Part shown: positions 40,660 through 55,857 of the stretch, piece by piece
Layout of the letters: every line of letters begins with the position of its first letter
Position numbering within the stretch: position 1 is the stretch's first letter
Source: Octopus sinensis
Taxonomy: Eukaryota
NCBI RefSeq assembly: GCF_006345805.1
Contig: NC_043000.1
Location: 27,838,001-27,902,000 of the forward strand
DNA: 64,000 bases
Direction: 5' to 3'
The notes under the pieces: generated by a model
The model's input: only the letters and a program-made list of their open reading frames with translations
The model's database searches: none
What the model was told of the DNA's origin: nothing
Translations under genes and position numbers: made by a program

Positions 40660-42201
40660 AGAGCACCTATCCTATCACTGCTATCTTTTTTCTTGTCAAA
40701 GAATATATTTCTCCAGCGTTCGCTATTTTACCCTTGTTCTGGCCTAACGACCCTGCATGTTTATTTTCATTCGCCTTCCTTGTATGTCTCCACTGTCCTG
40801 TTTTTGTTCCCAAGTTTGACCCTCCGTAAATCCCAAATTTTATTTTCGTACGTAGGGGAGCAACTGCCTTCGAAGACTTATATTGTTATTCAATACTTGA
40901 AATGAGGAGTAGATAGACAGCCGACAATTGACGAAGGGACGTTCTTTATGTTATTTGTCCTCTTTTCCGTTGATTTCTTTCGTTGTTTCCGTATTTCATG
41001 TTGTTTACTGTTGGTGACGTCATGTACTCATATATGCATGTGTGTGTGTATATATTAATACATATATACATATATATTATTTATGTTTTATATACATATA
41101 TATATACATATATAATTATATATATATATGTTTGTATGTATATATATGTACATATGTCTATGTGTTTATGTTATATATATGCAAAATTACTAAAATATTG
41201 TATAGTTATGTATAAGGTAATATGTACGTGAATGTAAATAGTCTCTCAAAGCTACAATGCAGTGTATGTGAATGCATCATGTTATAATGTTAAATAGCAG
41301 AGTAAGTTTGTTTACCATACCAAATATTGAGTTATATCCTTCAGCATTTTACCAGACATTTTATCATTCCACTTTAAATTCCACTTTTCAAATTGTTGAT
41401 CTTCCTGTTGCCACAAATTTATTTCTGATGTCAAAGTTACTATTTTTTTCTGAATGAACATCGCGTAACATGTTATTTATATCAAAACTCTTCCACCATG
41501 TGTTTAGCTGGTTGTGGGAGCAAGGCTGTGAGGTTAATATGATCCCTATTTAACTAAGTGACTTGGCGTTCATTTGGGGGTTAAGTTTGAATTTCCGAGA
41601 AATTTTCTCAGTAGATATTTGTGCACAAAACTACGTAGTTAAGCCCATGCTAATTATGCGTAGCAGATAATAATTGTAATTAAGTGAAATTATAATTCGA
41701 ATATAAAGAAAAGCTATCAGCGATAAAAAAGAAAGAAAATTGTCCCAAACAAGCAATAAAGTATACTCTGAAATTGTTGTCTGAGATATTTTGCTCGTTA
41801 TCACAGTTACTTACAGCCCCGATGCAGTTGCTCCACTTACTGGAAATAGCAGTATCTCTCTTATTTATGTATTAGATAATTTTACTCTTGCTTGTTTAAA
41901 CTTTCTAATATGTATAGCGCATGCGTATATTTGCATATGTTTTCCACTTTTTTCTACATTTAGACAGATCTTTCCATAGAAATCAACATTAACTTCCTCA
42001 TTCGTAGCACCTGGATGATCTAAAAATAAAATTTTCCCAAACAAAGTCAACTTTATATTCAAAGCTCTGGTGAAGCCTTAGGCTATTACCCAGGGATTCA
42101 AATAACAGTACACTACATGTTACAGCAGAAACAGAAGTATGGTAATGAAGTTTATTATATATTCTTTGTATTGTTTGTGGTGTTATCTCTTTGTTTCTAT
42201 A

Positions 42202-43050
42202 TATTGGGTCATCCCATATATGATGAGGTTTTTTTTCAATTGCACGAACTAAAAGTCGGGCGGGGCGGAATAAACTACCTGCATCAACATGCTATAAAAG
42301 CAGGTAGAAATTGTACGTTTTGAAGAGTGCAGTTTGATTTTAACAGTTATTTTTTCAAAGCTATAATGGAAGTGAGAAAGGAGCATATTCGGCATATTTG
42401 CTTTATGAGTTCAATAAAGACAACAACACAACGGAAAATTATATAATATTTAATGCAGTTATGGGGATCGGGTAAATAAGGAGAAACACCAGCACTCCAG
42501 ACTAACGAAAGAGTTGTTATCTGTTTAGTGAGATATGAAAGGTTTAGTGTACTTTAAGTTTTTAAGCCCAAACCAAACGTTAACAAAAGAGATCTACTGC
42601 GAACAGCCTGATCGGCTTAAGTTAGCACTAGAAGAAAAGCGACCATCTTTGGTTTCAAGACAAAAGGTGTTCCATCAGTATAATACTCAGTTACATACAG
42701 AAAGAATGACATTCCAAATGCTGGAACAATTTGAATGGGAAACGTTGTCTCATTTACCATATTCGTCGGACAGTTCCCCATCTGATTATCATTTATTCCG
42801 CTGTCTTCAGAACCATTTGGAGGGGAAAAATAGGTATTTTGTAAACGAGGTCAGAACAGCACTGGGAGTGATTTTCGTCACGGACAAGTGAGTTTTGGAA
42901 GAGAGGCGATCCAAGTCTACCAGATAGATGGAAGAGCATTGTAGAAAATGAAGGAGAGTATATTTTAGATTAAAAAACAACTTTGTTTATCTTAATTTTG
43001 TAAAATAAAAGAAGTATAAAAAACCGCATTATTTATGGAATTACACAATA
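42202..43050 (+). mobile_element. mariner (DD34D-type) remnant with both TIRs, internally deleted
   Basis: Imperfect ~30-bp TIRs with TA flanks; HLPYSSDSSPSDYHLF resembles YSPDLAPSDYHLF. Confidence 0.85.
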
Positions 43051-43120
43051 TATGTATATAATATGGGTGGTTAATTCGCAATTTTAAAACCTAAAGGCAG
43101 AAATATATATGCATATATAT

Positions 43121-43880
43121 ACGTGGTTTGATCAATAAGTAACGATCAATAAGTTGCCATAGTAACGAAGCTAAAGCGCGCAAAGTGAAACTGCACACCA
43201 CAGATTGACCCTGAACTCTGCTGTGCATGTGCACTAATTTTTAAATTCTAGCATTCCTCCGCTGTTTACAGCAGTGCTTAGAAGGAAGGTGTATAATGTG
43301 TGATCGTCGCATTGACCATGACAGTAAATTAAGCAGAGAGCCTGCATCATATTTTGCCAAAACCTTAGCGATACCTGCTCCAGAGGCCTACGCAAATTTT
43401 CAAAATATTTCATTGTTTTCGTCACTATCAAGGTGATCTTGTGCACCTCAATCTCAAGTGGTTTTTGGTCATATCAAAATCGTCAATGATAATCGACTGA
43501 ACTGAACCGTATCTAATCCACACATGCTCTGGTAACTCACGGAGGGTAATTCGACGATTTCATCTCACAGCTACACGCACATCTGCCATGGTGTTCTCAC
43601 TCCTAGAATGTTCGTCATTATCGACATTTCTTAGGGCCTTTCTTGGAAACGTTTGAACCACTCATACACTTGTGTGCGGTTAATACACTCCCCTCCATAC
43701 ACTACTTTCCGTGAGTTTGCTTCGGTCTCTGAGCAGGTATTGCATTGACAATTTTCTCTGTCATAGTCAATGCGACAATCACACGTTTCATTCCTTCATT
43801 CCAAGCCCTGCTGTAAACTGCAGAATTGAACTAGAACGTTAAAACTTAATGTGCATGAACAGGAGAGATCAAGGCCAATA
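43121..43880. mobile_element. Two inverted 5' ends of a second mariner family
   Basis: 43200-43325 is homologous to the reverse complement of 43755-43875. Confidence 0.65.
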
Positions 43881-44099
43881 TTTACCAAACGGCTATACTC
43901 TGTGGGTTTTAACTTTCACCTAATTAAATTCACTCTCCCTTACTAAATTATTTTGTCAGCATTTTCTTCATTTCCTTTTTTTATATATCACAACTCGTGT
44001 TCCACATCTCCTTTTTTAAATATGTATATATATATATATACATATATATATGAGAGTATGATAGAAGAAGGCTAACTCTTCCTTCCGTAGAAGAAGAAA

Positions 44100-44320
44100 T
44101 TCAAATCGGACCAAGTTAACACCAACAATTATTTACATCAAAAACGTACCTTTTTTCTATGAAAATCCCTATTTTTTACGATGTTTTGACTGCTCTGTCG
44201 CCATTTTTTGGTGTATTTCACTTAAAGAGAATAACAAGCCACATACTGACAAAATTTTACTTTTCAAAAATCCCAATTCTAAAGGGTCTAAACAAATCGC
44301 ATCGCCGGGCGATACTGCTA

Positions 44321-44321
<1 letters not shown>
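44100..44321 (+). mobile_element. Helitron-like 3' end
   Basis: GC-rich palindrome atcgccgggcgat followed by ctgCTAG-t. Confidence 0.45.
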
Positions 44322-44404
<83 letters not shown>

Positions 44405-44696
44405 CTTGTATGTATATATACTAATATACAAAATTCAAATTTTCGATCAAATGTCCAACGAGTTAACTTGGGATCCCTTGACGACGGCCTGATACGTAGC
44501 TAGTGGAATACCTCTCATCGCGTAATTGTTACTTCCTAGGTCCTGCTGGCTAGGAAACATGTGTAGCTTAGATTTTACCTGCTCCCTTCCCTGAACTCGG
44601 ATTGTTATACGCATACATAGCAGCACAAGTTGCTAAACGTGAACTATAAAATGATTTTTTAACGTATTGAACTTCGGTATTTTCTTCTATTTCCCT

Positions 44697-44815
44697 CTAC
44701 TTCTTTCAGTCATTTGACTGCGCCCATGCTGGAGCAGCGCCTCTGATCGGACAAATCGACGCCACGGCTTATTCTTTTGTAAGCCAAGTAACTATTCTAC
44801 CGGGCTATAGCCAAA
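44697..44815 (-). mobile_element. Family B SINE 3' fragment
   Basis: cagtcatttgactgcg..atgctggagca matches the region at 62288. Confidence 0.7.
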
Positions 44816-45776
44816 CTGTACACAGCTACAGGCCCACAGTCGACGCTATGGCATTGGTATTACTATTACAAAGGGCTCGGCTTGGCTTGGCTTGGCAAGA
44901 AAGAAAGGATTTCAATTATATTGAGAGAACTATAGCGTGAAGGCAGCATAAAGAATAACAACCCTTCCTCAATTGTTGGCAGTTTTCCATACTCCGCATT
45001 GCGAGCATTGCAACTAAATGCGTCTTCGTCAAAGCAATTGCTCCCCCAAAGCAAATTAAATAAAATTTTAGATATGTGGAGCGTCAAAGCTGCTAACAAA
45101 AACAAGGCAGTGAAAACATTCGGTATGAGCAGTTTAACCCTAACGAGGTGAACTGGTGAACGCTGGAGAAAGAAAGCTTTGTCAAGAGAAAGACAAGAAT
45201 GCGTCTTATAGGTATAAGTTGTACGAGAAGAAAAAGAATTACATTTAGAAATAGAGATCTATAATTATTGAGGACAGAATTTCATTTAGAAAGAGAACTA
45301 TAAATATTGAATTATGCATAAAGTGGTGGCTTACATTCGAGGCTTCCAATCTCTCTGTAAAATAGAAGATAATCGCAAAATCATCGCACATGTTACCATC
45401 GATTACAAACACCGGTTGAAGATAAAATTCCCAGAGGACATTCTTGTTCTTTCCTTCGTACAAGGATCGTATTATGTTTCGGCTTAAAATAAATTATACA
45501 TACAAATATAATGTGTAGAAATATATAAAATCCAGAATAGAAAATAAACGTCTTAGGCATATAAAATGAGATAACATGAGATATCAAGGTGTTATAAACT
45601 TGAAACCTACTAGAATATCATAGATTATATATATCAAGTCATCCAATCAGTTCTGTCCAATTTTACCTTTTTTTTTAGATTTGAAGGAAATTAGTATTTT
45701 CAAATGTCTAATTCAATTAGTTATTTTTATACATTTGTGTACGTTTAAACTAATTCAATATTGTTTTACAAAATAA

Positions 45777-47116
45777 TAGAGGGTGTCCACAAAGTCTGCG
45801 TTCATGGGTATTAACACATACTTTTAAAACAAAACAATTTTATTTAATTATAATGTTAATAAATAATATTTTCAAAGTGATTTCCATCATTTTCAATGCA
45901 TAACTTGATGCGCCTTGCAAAATTCAGGTGAACTTGATTAAATATGTCTACATTGCCATCAATTTCAGCACACTGACTGGTAATGCGTTCTCTCATGTGT
46001 TTTAAATCTGTAATCTTTATTGAGTAAACTTTCTCTTTCAACATACCCCAGAAAATGAAATCAAGGGGAGAAAGTTCTGGTGAACGAGGGGACCATTCCA
46101 TATGACCTCTTCTTCCAATCCAGTGAGGAAAAGTGTCATAAAGTCAATCTCTAAAGTTGTGGCAAAATGGGTAGAGGCCCCATCCTGCTGAAACCAATTC
46201 GGAAGGTCCTCGCATAGGCGCTCAATTTGAGATATTAATTTGTCTCTCAATATGTTTACGTAAGTTTCATCCGTTACATGTTCAATGAAGAAGGGTCATA
46301 GAACATGAGCTTTCCACAAACCACACCACACCACACCATCACCTTTTTGCTGCCTTGCTGTTTGGATGAATCCATCCAATATGGATTACCTCGAGACCAG
46401 TATAGAAGATTCTGTCTGTTGACCTCACCATTTACATAAAACGTAGCTTTGTCACTGAACAACACAAAGTTTTTCGTAAAATTGATATTTCCATCCAATT
46501 TATCTGAAAACCATTCGCACGTCTACATTCGTCTATCAGGGTTGTCTTCATTTTAGTGATGCAATATCTGTAGGTTGTATCGATGAAACTTTTCCTCAAC
46601 CAGCATTTTGTGGATGGTTGGTTTTGGAACACCAAACACCGTGGATGTCCGACGAAGTGATTTCTTTGGGCTAGCAGAAACTTTAGCCATGACAGCCTCT
46701 TTCGTTTAATCAGAAGTCTTTGGTCGCCCGGAACGGGGTTTAGCCAAAACACTGCTTGTTTCTTTAAATTTCTTGATCAATTTCCCGACGGCAGTAAAAT
46801 AAATAGGTTGCCTATAAGGGTGTCGAAGATTAAATTCTTCCGCAATTTTGCGATAAGACCATCCCTCTCGTCCACTTAATAATACTAACTCAATTCCTGC
46901 TTCTTTAGACAGATCCATCATTCGATCTGGGATTCTCTTCTTCTTTAGACATAGCCATCATTCGATCATCTGTAGAAAAAATAATAAATAAATTTAGAAA
47001 AGTAAATTTTTTTTATTTAATTTAAACAAAAGTAAAAAAGGAAAATTATTATTTCTTATATTTATTTGTTTATGTTACGGTTTTATTCCATGTACCCAGA
47101 CTTCGTGGACAACCTA
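45777..47116 (-). mobile_element. Tc1/mariner-superfamily transposon (rosa/DD41D-like), frameshifted, TIRs present
   Basis: RSGRPK, FSDKATF, QQDGASTH, WSPRSPELSPLDFIFWG; TIRs gtccacaaagtctg / cagacttcgtggac. Confidence 0.85.
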
Positions 47117-47144
47117 AAATTACTTTGATTAAAACCCTTTCAAC

Positions 47145-47350
47145 ATGGAAGTATCCAAGGAGAATTTAAGACACATATAATTCTTTATGAGTACAATAAA
47201 GGTAACTCTGCAGCCGAAGTGACTCGAAACATACACTCAGTTTATGGGAAAGTGCTTGAATGAAAGAACTTGCAGGAGATCGTTTGCAAAATTGAAGATG
47301 AATATCGAACAGGACGTCCAGTTGAGTTTGATGATAAGCTCCTTGAGGCA
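47145..47350 (+). mobile_element. mariner 5' fragment
   Basis: atggaagt..tttatgagt.caataaag, as at 42367. Confidence 0.6.
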
Positions 47351-48285
47351 TTTCTTGACTTTCGGATGACAACTGAATGCTGACAGACGTTGACATTTGT
47401 AAACAATTGTCCAACGAGAACGGTGTTATTTTTACACCATAAACCGTTCGCAACCGTTTGAGAGAATTTGGACTACATAGACGAATCGCTAGGAAAAAGC
47501 CAATAATATCCGAAAAAGTTGACTCAAACGTCTTAATTTCGCAAAAAGCCATGCTCAATGGACAGCTGAAGATTGGTGCAGGGTCCTTTGGAGTGACGAG
47601 TCACGCTTCTGAATATTTGGATCAGATGGTAAAACATATGTCAGACGTCGCCCAACTGAGGAATTCCATCCGAAATGCGTGAAAAAGACGACGCAAGCGG
47701 GGGCTGGGGTGATGGTGTGGGCGGCATTTAGTAGCTTTGGTGTTGGCCTCTAGTTAAAGTTGATGGAAAGATAAATGGTGTATGTTTTATGAATCTAATA
47801 AAGAATAATGTGCCATATTTGACTCAGCAAATGCCTCCGGGGGCTATTTATCAGCAGGACAATTGTCCTGTGCACAAATCCAAAAGGGATATGGAATTCT
47901 TTGATCACCATGATATTGACGTAATCGAATGGCCACTCCAGAGCCCGAACCTAAATCCATCTAATCTAATCTAAATCCATCTAATCTAAAACAGTTATTC
48001 GATTATATCAATGAAATATGGCAAAACATTCCCATAGAATTTTGTAATCGCTTAGCGAATTCAATGCCGAGGTTAGAACTGAAGACTGCAACACAAAGTA
48101 CTAATATGTATTTCGTTCTTGTTGCTAATTTTTGCTACAATATTAAGCTTTAAATAAAATTATAATGATACGGTCTTCAACTAATTTTGCCGGTAAATTT
48201 GAAACGTTTATATTAATTTAGCATTTATATCAATTTATAAGAAATAGAACCTTTATCATCGGTCTTGAATTTACTTTCCGCAGTG
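47350..48285 (+). mobile_element. Tc1 (DD34E-type) transposase remnant with right end
   Basis: ARKKP, SDESRF, VMVWAAF, QQDNCPVH, EWPLQSPNLNP; ends cagtg-TA. Confidence 0.85.
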
Positions 48286-48303
48286 TATATAAGTATTCCT
48301 TGG

Positions 48304-50200
48304 TTATAATAGTACATCAGTACATAATGGAATATTCCCATAAGCTATTATTTGCATGATAAAGTAAACGTTCTCCAGTACTCTTCCTGTACTAGACAAT
48401 AGTGGTTGGGCATAAACCCACACATCTGAACCCACCGAACACTGAACAGTAGCATGCAGGACGGTTTCCCTGACTCGCCCACATCTTGGACAGGTCGGTG
48501 GGTTAGGGCCACCATGATTGCGAGTTTGTCCCGGACAGGTAAGGCTCCTCGGTAACTTTGCCATGCCAAAGACGTCTGGAAGTTATCCAGTGTCTTCGGC
48601 CCGAATGTACGTTGGAACAGATTGGCCTGCTGATTATTGTCGAGACCTAGGACTTCCCCAAGCTATCGTCATATTTCGCCTCTAACAACCCTCTATAGAA
48701 GAATGTGATAGAAACACTACTGCAGGTGTTGCCCGAGAGATGGAATATCCGGAGAGCCTTACGACACTCTGTACACCATGTACCCAACTTCGATCTACGA
48801 TAGAACCAGATCTCCAGTCCACCGAAGCAAGTGAACTTGGGAAACGGCTGTTTCGCCAGCGTAGACCACACCCGATCACCATCCAGATGGAGCCACAGAT
48901 GCTTCAACTTCAGCGCGTGCCTGCGCATCATCAGCCATGTCATCCCTAGCCGACCCTTTAACGGTTGTTGGCAGCAAATAGAGCGTCTCACAAGCGTATT
49001 CGAACCCTTCCACAAGAATCGGAAGAGCTGTCTTTCCAACTTGCTCAACTACAAATCAGGGCAGGGAACGACGGTTAGGCGGTAGGTGATGACCGATGCG
49101 ATGAACACATTGGCCACCTCTGCTCTCCCTGGCTCAATTTTCGCAGCAATGGATCAAGAGACATTACATACAAATGCGGGGAGAGATGACGCTCTTGACG
49201 AACCGAGCGTTTGAAGCTGAGCGGCTTAGATAAAAAGCCGTTCACCCGAACTACGGAGTCGATGTTGTTATAAATTTCAATGATCCACCTGAGGAAGCTA
49301 ATACCCAGGCCGAACTGTGCCAGAACAGACACCAGGTAATGGTGGTCTACCCTATCAAAAGCCTTTGATTGGTCTAAATCGACCACTGTCACTCCCTTGC
49401 AAAAATCATTATGAAACCCTTCTACAGTTTACTGTAGAAGATGTAGATTATCCTGAATGGTTCTACCTGGAAACGGCACATGCCTGTGCATTCCCGATCA
49501 AGTCATCCGCGACACGCGCCAATCTTTTCGAAAACACTTTGGCCAAAATCTTCAACTCTGTGTTTAGCACAGTGATAGGCCAAAAATTATCAATGCAGTC
49601 CCCCCTTTTCGGGTCCTTTCTGACAAGCCTCACCACTCCCCGGCGCACAGATCTGGGAATGAACCCATTCTGCTGCCAGTTCGCGTAGTCATTCGCCAGC
49701 AGGTGCCCGAACAAGTCTGGCATACTCTTTTCCAGTTCATAGGGTAGACCATCCAGTCCCGGTGCCTTAACCGCGTCGCTGTGCGTCATAGCCTCAATTA
49801 CCTCCCTAGGCGTGATCGGTCCTTCAAAACACTCCGCGTCAAGCTACGAGAGGCGCGGCAGCCCGGCGAGGAAATCCATTAGGTCCCTCTTACTGTCCGG
49901 TCCGCTTCCCCCACCCCGTAAAGCTGGGTGAAGACCAGACGCATCGCTCCGGGCTCATTTATCAACTTACCTCTTTGGTTCATCAAAGATCGAATTGTGC
50001 CATCGACGTTGGGCTTCCACCACTCGGGCCCATCCTGCTGCCTTAATTCCTTCACAACCCAATGTACGAACCTGACTCCAACAATGCAACACATATGTTG
50101 GGCTTCGAGATGCTGGTTTAACGCCAGTCTCTTGACCGTCACCTGAGCTGCAGAACCAGATTCCATTGCTTCCTCCAAGTCCTTAGCTAATGCTAATCCC
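48304..50200 (-). mobile_element. L1-clade (Tx1-like) LINE ORF2 remnant
   Basis: KAPGLDGLPYE, PITVLNTELKILAK, DQSKAFDRVDH, SVRQ..LSP.LY, CPRC..ETVLH...C. Confidence 0.85.
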
Positions 50201-50209
50201 TTCCTAGTA

Positions 50210-50700
50210 TATCTATATATATATAAAACTGAGAATGTGTGTCTATCTGTCTGTCTAGGTGTCTGTCTGTGTGAATCCCTAAAACTTGAGGACTACGCAA
50301 CCAACTTCATTCAAATTTTACACATGCTTTACTTAGGGTCCTTGTAGTTTCATGGGCAAAAAAATATTCAACTTCTTGCCTAGGGCGAGCCCATAGCAAT
50401 ATCATATCTTCTCCACTATTTCAGTACTACGTGTTAAAATTGAAATAAAAACATTCCTCTATTTTATGTCAGATACTTTCACTTTAACGATAAAAATTAG
50501 AGATAATAATAACAATTGAATTATATGTAGTAAATATTAATTAAAATCAAACTAAATTACAATATAATCGTTAGATAACAAGAGTAAAAATAGCAATTGG
50601 TATAAAATTGCATCAATGACTTGAACTTGAATAAGTGGTTTCACATGAATGGGAATAAATTAAAAATGAAATTAGTGTGCAGAAATGGAATAGTCCAGAT
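50210..50700 (+). mobile_element. Helitron/Helentron-like non-autonomous 5' region
   Basis: a-TCTATATATATAAAA start followed by (TGTC)n; right limit uncertain. Confidence 0.45.
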
Positions 50701-51944
50701 GGAGGTGTGTACATACCTTTTACCACGGCTTTTACATTAGATTATCTGCTAATTAGCTAGCATTTAGTATCTATATGAAGTTTGGCTGTATGTAATGTCT
50801 GTTTTCTCGAACAGCCGCTCCTACTGAGTAATGTGTTGGTTTATTTCTTATACATAAAGGACTATAGCTTCAACTGCGTACTGCTTTTTGATTCACCGTA
50901 AGGTTTGTTGTTATTATTATTACTTTTTAACTATTGTTATCACGTTTGTTGGTTCCTCGTAAGGGAAACGTGGTTGTGTTGCATTTGTTAAATAATTCTA
51001 AACTGTAACCCTCCACCTTTGGGAGAAGGAGCTTTGGTTATTGTTTAAAAATTGAATTGTGTCCCTTTTTGAGGAAATTGACAATATTTTCACCGTTTAC
51101 ACGGAAGCATTTTAGTTAGAATGCCTTCGATTGAAGAAAGTCCCAAAATGAATTTCGCTGCAACCGTCGGCGGGCGCGAACTCATTAAAATTAAAATGGA
51201 AGAAATACAAACTCATTTCGCATTGATCACCGACAAAGACGGTGAATCTAGGATAACACCACCAAACGAAATAAAAAAATTGAATTAAAGAAAAGACTAT
51301 TGTCTATAAAGTATGCAATGTAGAGAAAAAAAAAAGATTTGAACACCTGGAGGAAAGCACCATTGAAAAGTGTCTTGGTACGACTATGAAAGATATCTAA
51401 TCAGAGGCGGTAAATTCGCCACAATAGAAGCAAGGTTCGAGTCAAAAGAGCGTGCAACGGAGTACTCGACTCGAACCTTGTAAAGTGGAAATATTTTATT
51501 TTTACCTTTATATCTGGGACGTAGGACGTCCCGGATAAAAATTTAAAATACCCTCCCCCCCGAAGTAGAGGTAGGCTAGATTGTAGCCACACTTCTATAC
51601 AAGAGGGAGGACAAGATACAATTGATCGAAATTACAAGAGACGGGCCTACAATTCCAGTCTGTTATATATGTTGGGTATTGTTATCACTAGCGATATCAA
51701 GATATAACTTTGTATTTTGTATTTTATGTGTAGATGTATATATATAGATGTACATGTAATATGTACACATATATATACACATATATACATGCACTAGCAC
51801 TATGACCCGCCAACGACGGGTCATAATGCTTGTATATATATATATAGTCGGAATTTGCAAAAAAAAAAGACAAAACAAAAGACGAAGACGGATGTGTAAA
51901 CAACAAACAGATGTAATAGTTTAACGCTCGGGAAGTGAGAAAGT

Positions 51945-51980
51945 CTTTTGCATTTCGAGTCTATGCTCTGCGACAGAAAG
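51945..51980 (-). ncRNA. Degenerate minimal hammerhead
   Basis: Minus strand: cttt CTGTCGC agagcatagactc GAAA tg CA aaag; several core mismatches. Confidence 0.45.
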
Positions 51981-52057
51981 GAACACAGAAATAAACAGAG
52001 AGAAAATAAACAGAGAGAGGATATAAAAAAGGTTTAGTGGCTAGCGATCAATCATGG

Positions 52058-52095
<38 letters not shown>

Positions 52096-52242
52096 TCGCT
52101 GAATATGCACAAAACGGTATTCGTCGCTATGACTTTCTGTCCAAATGAAATAATCAAATACGAATGTTATACCCAGAATATGACATAGATAAAAGAATGG
52201 ACTATTAAATATTTCAATATAGCATCGCGATGACATATATTC

Positions 52243-52284
<42 letters not shown>

Positions 52285-53669
52285 ACGTATGTGTGTGTGT
52301 GTGTATCTATCTATTTCTCTTGTCATAGCATGAACTGCTGTTGCTTGGTCAGAGTTATCAAAAACCGATACTGTCGTAATCCTTTAAAACTATAAGTGAT
52401 ACTTTCTACTTGATATGTATTGATGAGCCTCTTGTTGCATCATAACACTGTAGGACTTTAATGCAGCATGAATTCCGTTCCTCTACTTAACAAGGTAATT
52501 TGTGTCACACTTCAGGCATCTTCTCTTGCACACACAAACGCACGTACACACATGAAAACATAAACAAACAAAGTTGGAAAGATGTAATATTTGTACGCTT
52601 CAATATGGAAGTAGGCAGAGGAGAATGAGAGAGGGGAGAGCAACCCGTATGAGCTCTTCGTCGACGTCGCCTGAAAACGTAAAACAAGTGAAAGAGAGGA
52701 TTATATCGGTGAAACATGCTGAGTAGCAGTGGTAGGATAGGGCTTGTTGCGTAAGAAATTGGATTACCTGAAGGCACTGATAGATAATGTTATGTCAATT
52801 GTTGATGTCCATAGTACAAAGAAGGCCCTAATGGGCCTGAGCAAGACGGAGTTAGTATCGTGGTTGTGGGAAGAGTGAGCATATGGATGTAGGCGGAGAT
52901 TATGGAGTGGCAGAGATGTTCGTGCTAGTGGATCTTAGTGAAGAAGTATATGGTTCAGGTAGGGAATGTGTGGACAATGCGGTTGGATACAGCAACAGGT
53001 ATAACATCAGACTACGTGTGTTGGCCAATTGTAGATGAACTGCTTTGATGATAGCAGGTTGGTGCCAGAGAGCATATGAGGTGTGAAAAGCGAAAATGAT
53101 GAGATTGAACTTCCACACATCCACACCGCATCGTTTGTTTTTAGTATGATGGTGATTCGCCATGGCGACGATGAAAATATTGTAAACAAACTGGAAGATG
53201 TTACTGCCTTGCGAACATTCCTGGATATCAAAAGAATCAACAACATGATAACAGGTAGAGATGCGCAAAATCAGGGATCTGAACTAGTCTTGACACGCCA
53301 TTGGATGCGGTGGTCAGAGGTTTAATTCTGTGAAACACCGATCGAAATTGGAGGTTAGCCACTAAATGTATTGCGCATTTTTATGCCTAACAAAAACCGT
53401 TCACGGATTATAATGACATGTACTTTTTGAGATAAAAGTGATATGCAATATATCAGGACAATCTTATCCACATATTCCTATGTACACAGATAAGTAATTC
53501 AAACATACACCATGCCCAAGAGTTCACTTTAATTACGCAAAGCAGCACCATCCTTACGCAAACCAGCCCTGTCCAGCTAGCGACCGGCTTGACTGCAGAT
53601 TTAGATAGTACCAAATGTATACATATAGGTATATAAACACACGCATACGCACATGCACGTACGTATACA

Positions 53670-53724
<55 letters not shown>

Positions 53725-53745
53725 ACATAAATACATATATATATG

Positions 53746-53821
<76 letters not shown>

Positions 53822-54109
53822 TGGGCCAAAAGTAAGTACACAGTTATCACTTAGGCACTTTAAATTTCTTTTAAAACATTTTATTACATTCATATTTCTA
53901 TTTTACAAACTGAAAATGGAGCTTCACATAATTAACTAAATTAGCATCGAATAACTGTTTCATATTTTTTCATAATTAAGATCTAATCTGTTAATATATG
54001 AATGCTGTTGACATAAGCCACATAAACCTACTTTGGGGGCCACACTGTATATGCATATATATATATATATATATAATATATAATATAATATAATATATAA
54101 TATATATAT

Positions 54110-54173
<64 letters not shown>

Positions 54174-54569
54174 TGTATGTATGTATATAGATATATATAC
54201 ATATATATATACATATATATATATATATACATAATATATATATATCATGGACATGTGTACGAATATGTGCACGTGCACGTGGAAGTTTGAGTATAGGTAT
54301 GTATGTATAGTAGTATTTGTGGGTGGAGTATAGCATACATACGGAAACATGTTGCTTCGATTAGAAAATATGCGAATATTTGTCTGCTTGACTTGAAACT
54401 GCCATCTGCTGTTGACATAAGCCACATCAACTTTATCATATACAGAAAAAGGCAGATATGCTCATACACGCAGACATATACGTTTCTATGCACATATGTT
54501 TCTTTGTGTGTGCACATATGTATGTATATACATACATATATACATATATATTCATATATATATATATAT

Positions 54570-54651
<82 letters not shown>

Positions 54652-54680
54652 TACACACATATATTCGCATACAAACACAC

Positions 54681-54741
<61 letters not shown>

Positions 54742-54797
54742 TACATATATATGTATATGAACAGATTCTCACATTTATACATTTACATATGCTTATC

Positions 54798-54830
<33 letters not shown>

Positions 54831-55803
54831 CGTGTGTGTGCGTATGTATGTGTGCGTGTGTGCGTGTGTATGTGCGTGTGTGCGTGCGTGTGTGTGTGTA
54901 GATATGCTCATGCATAAAAACATAAACATACAAATGCTCATTCATATGTATATCTATGCGATTTGTCCATTCATATTCATATATCCACGGATATATACAC
55001 ATGTAAATACTTACATGGATGCATAAGTACATACATGCATACATGCATACATATGCACGCATACATCCATCAACTACATTTGTTAAATGCTCGTTGCATG
55101 CTTGCTTGAGAAACAAACTTTTCTATTACTTACGAGTAAAAACTACAAGAAATTTATAATATCAATGAATTAATTTCAACGTTTATGTATGCATTCATGA
55201 AGCCTTTTCAACTTGCCCATATTATTATGATTATTTCGCATTAATACTTTTCAAGATTCTATTTGTTAGGATCAGCGTGAGGTCGTTCCAAACCGCCATT
55301 GATTTTGATTTTTTTTATACCCGTGGCTTTCGTTTTATTTCGTGAGGTACATTTCTTTTGTTATTCTGTTGTATTTTGTCCAACGTTCTTATGTCATTCT
55401 TTGGTCTTTTGTACGTTACATTACATTCATTTCAGAAATCTGCTTTTTTTTTTTTTTTGTCTTTTCGTCGTCTATCTCCGTCATGCGCTTATTGTTCTTT
55501 ATTGTTTGTTTGTTGTTGTTGGGAAATTTTTTTTTCTTTCATTTGGTTTTTTCTTTTCTTTCATTGTTTTGTGTCTTTGTCATTTTACGTACATCCATTT
55601 AGGAGAGAATGGTTTATCCGGGTTCATTGAAGCTGACGATACAAAGTGCTTAGTGTTTTCAGCAGTTATGCATGTTGCTGCGCATTTAAACGTGAAATAT
55701 GTGTAAATATTCGCTCTGATGTTGTAGCTACTGTTGATAGTATTGTTGTCGATATTGCATTTACTGCTTTTACTACTACAACAACTACTACTACTACTAC
55801 TAC

Positions 55804-55857
<54 letters not shown>

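Noticed and set aside
44470-44575. Possible hammerhead (ctag..ctag GAAA catg)
   Set aside because: No CUGANGA box adjacent to the stem.
51148-51660. Possible LINE ORF1 remnant
   Set aside because: Coding-like composition but no motif I can identify.
53083-53325. 80-aa ORF as a gene
   Set aside because: GTG start, no recognisable domain or splice context.
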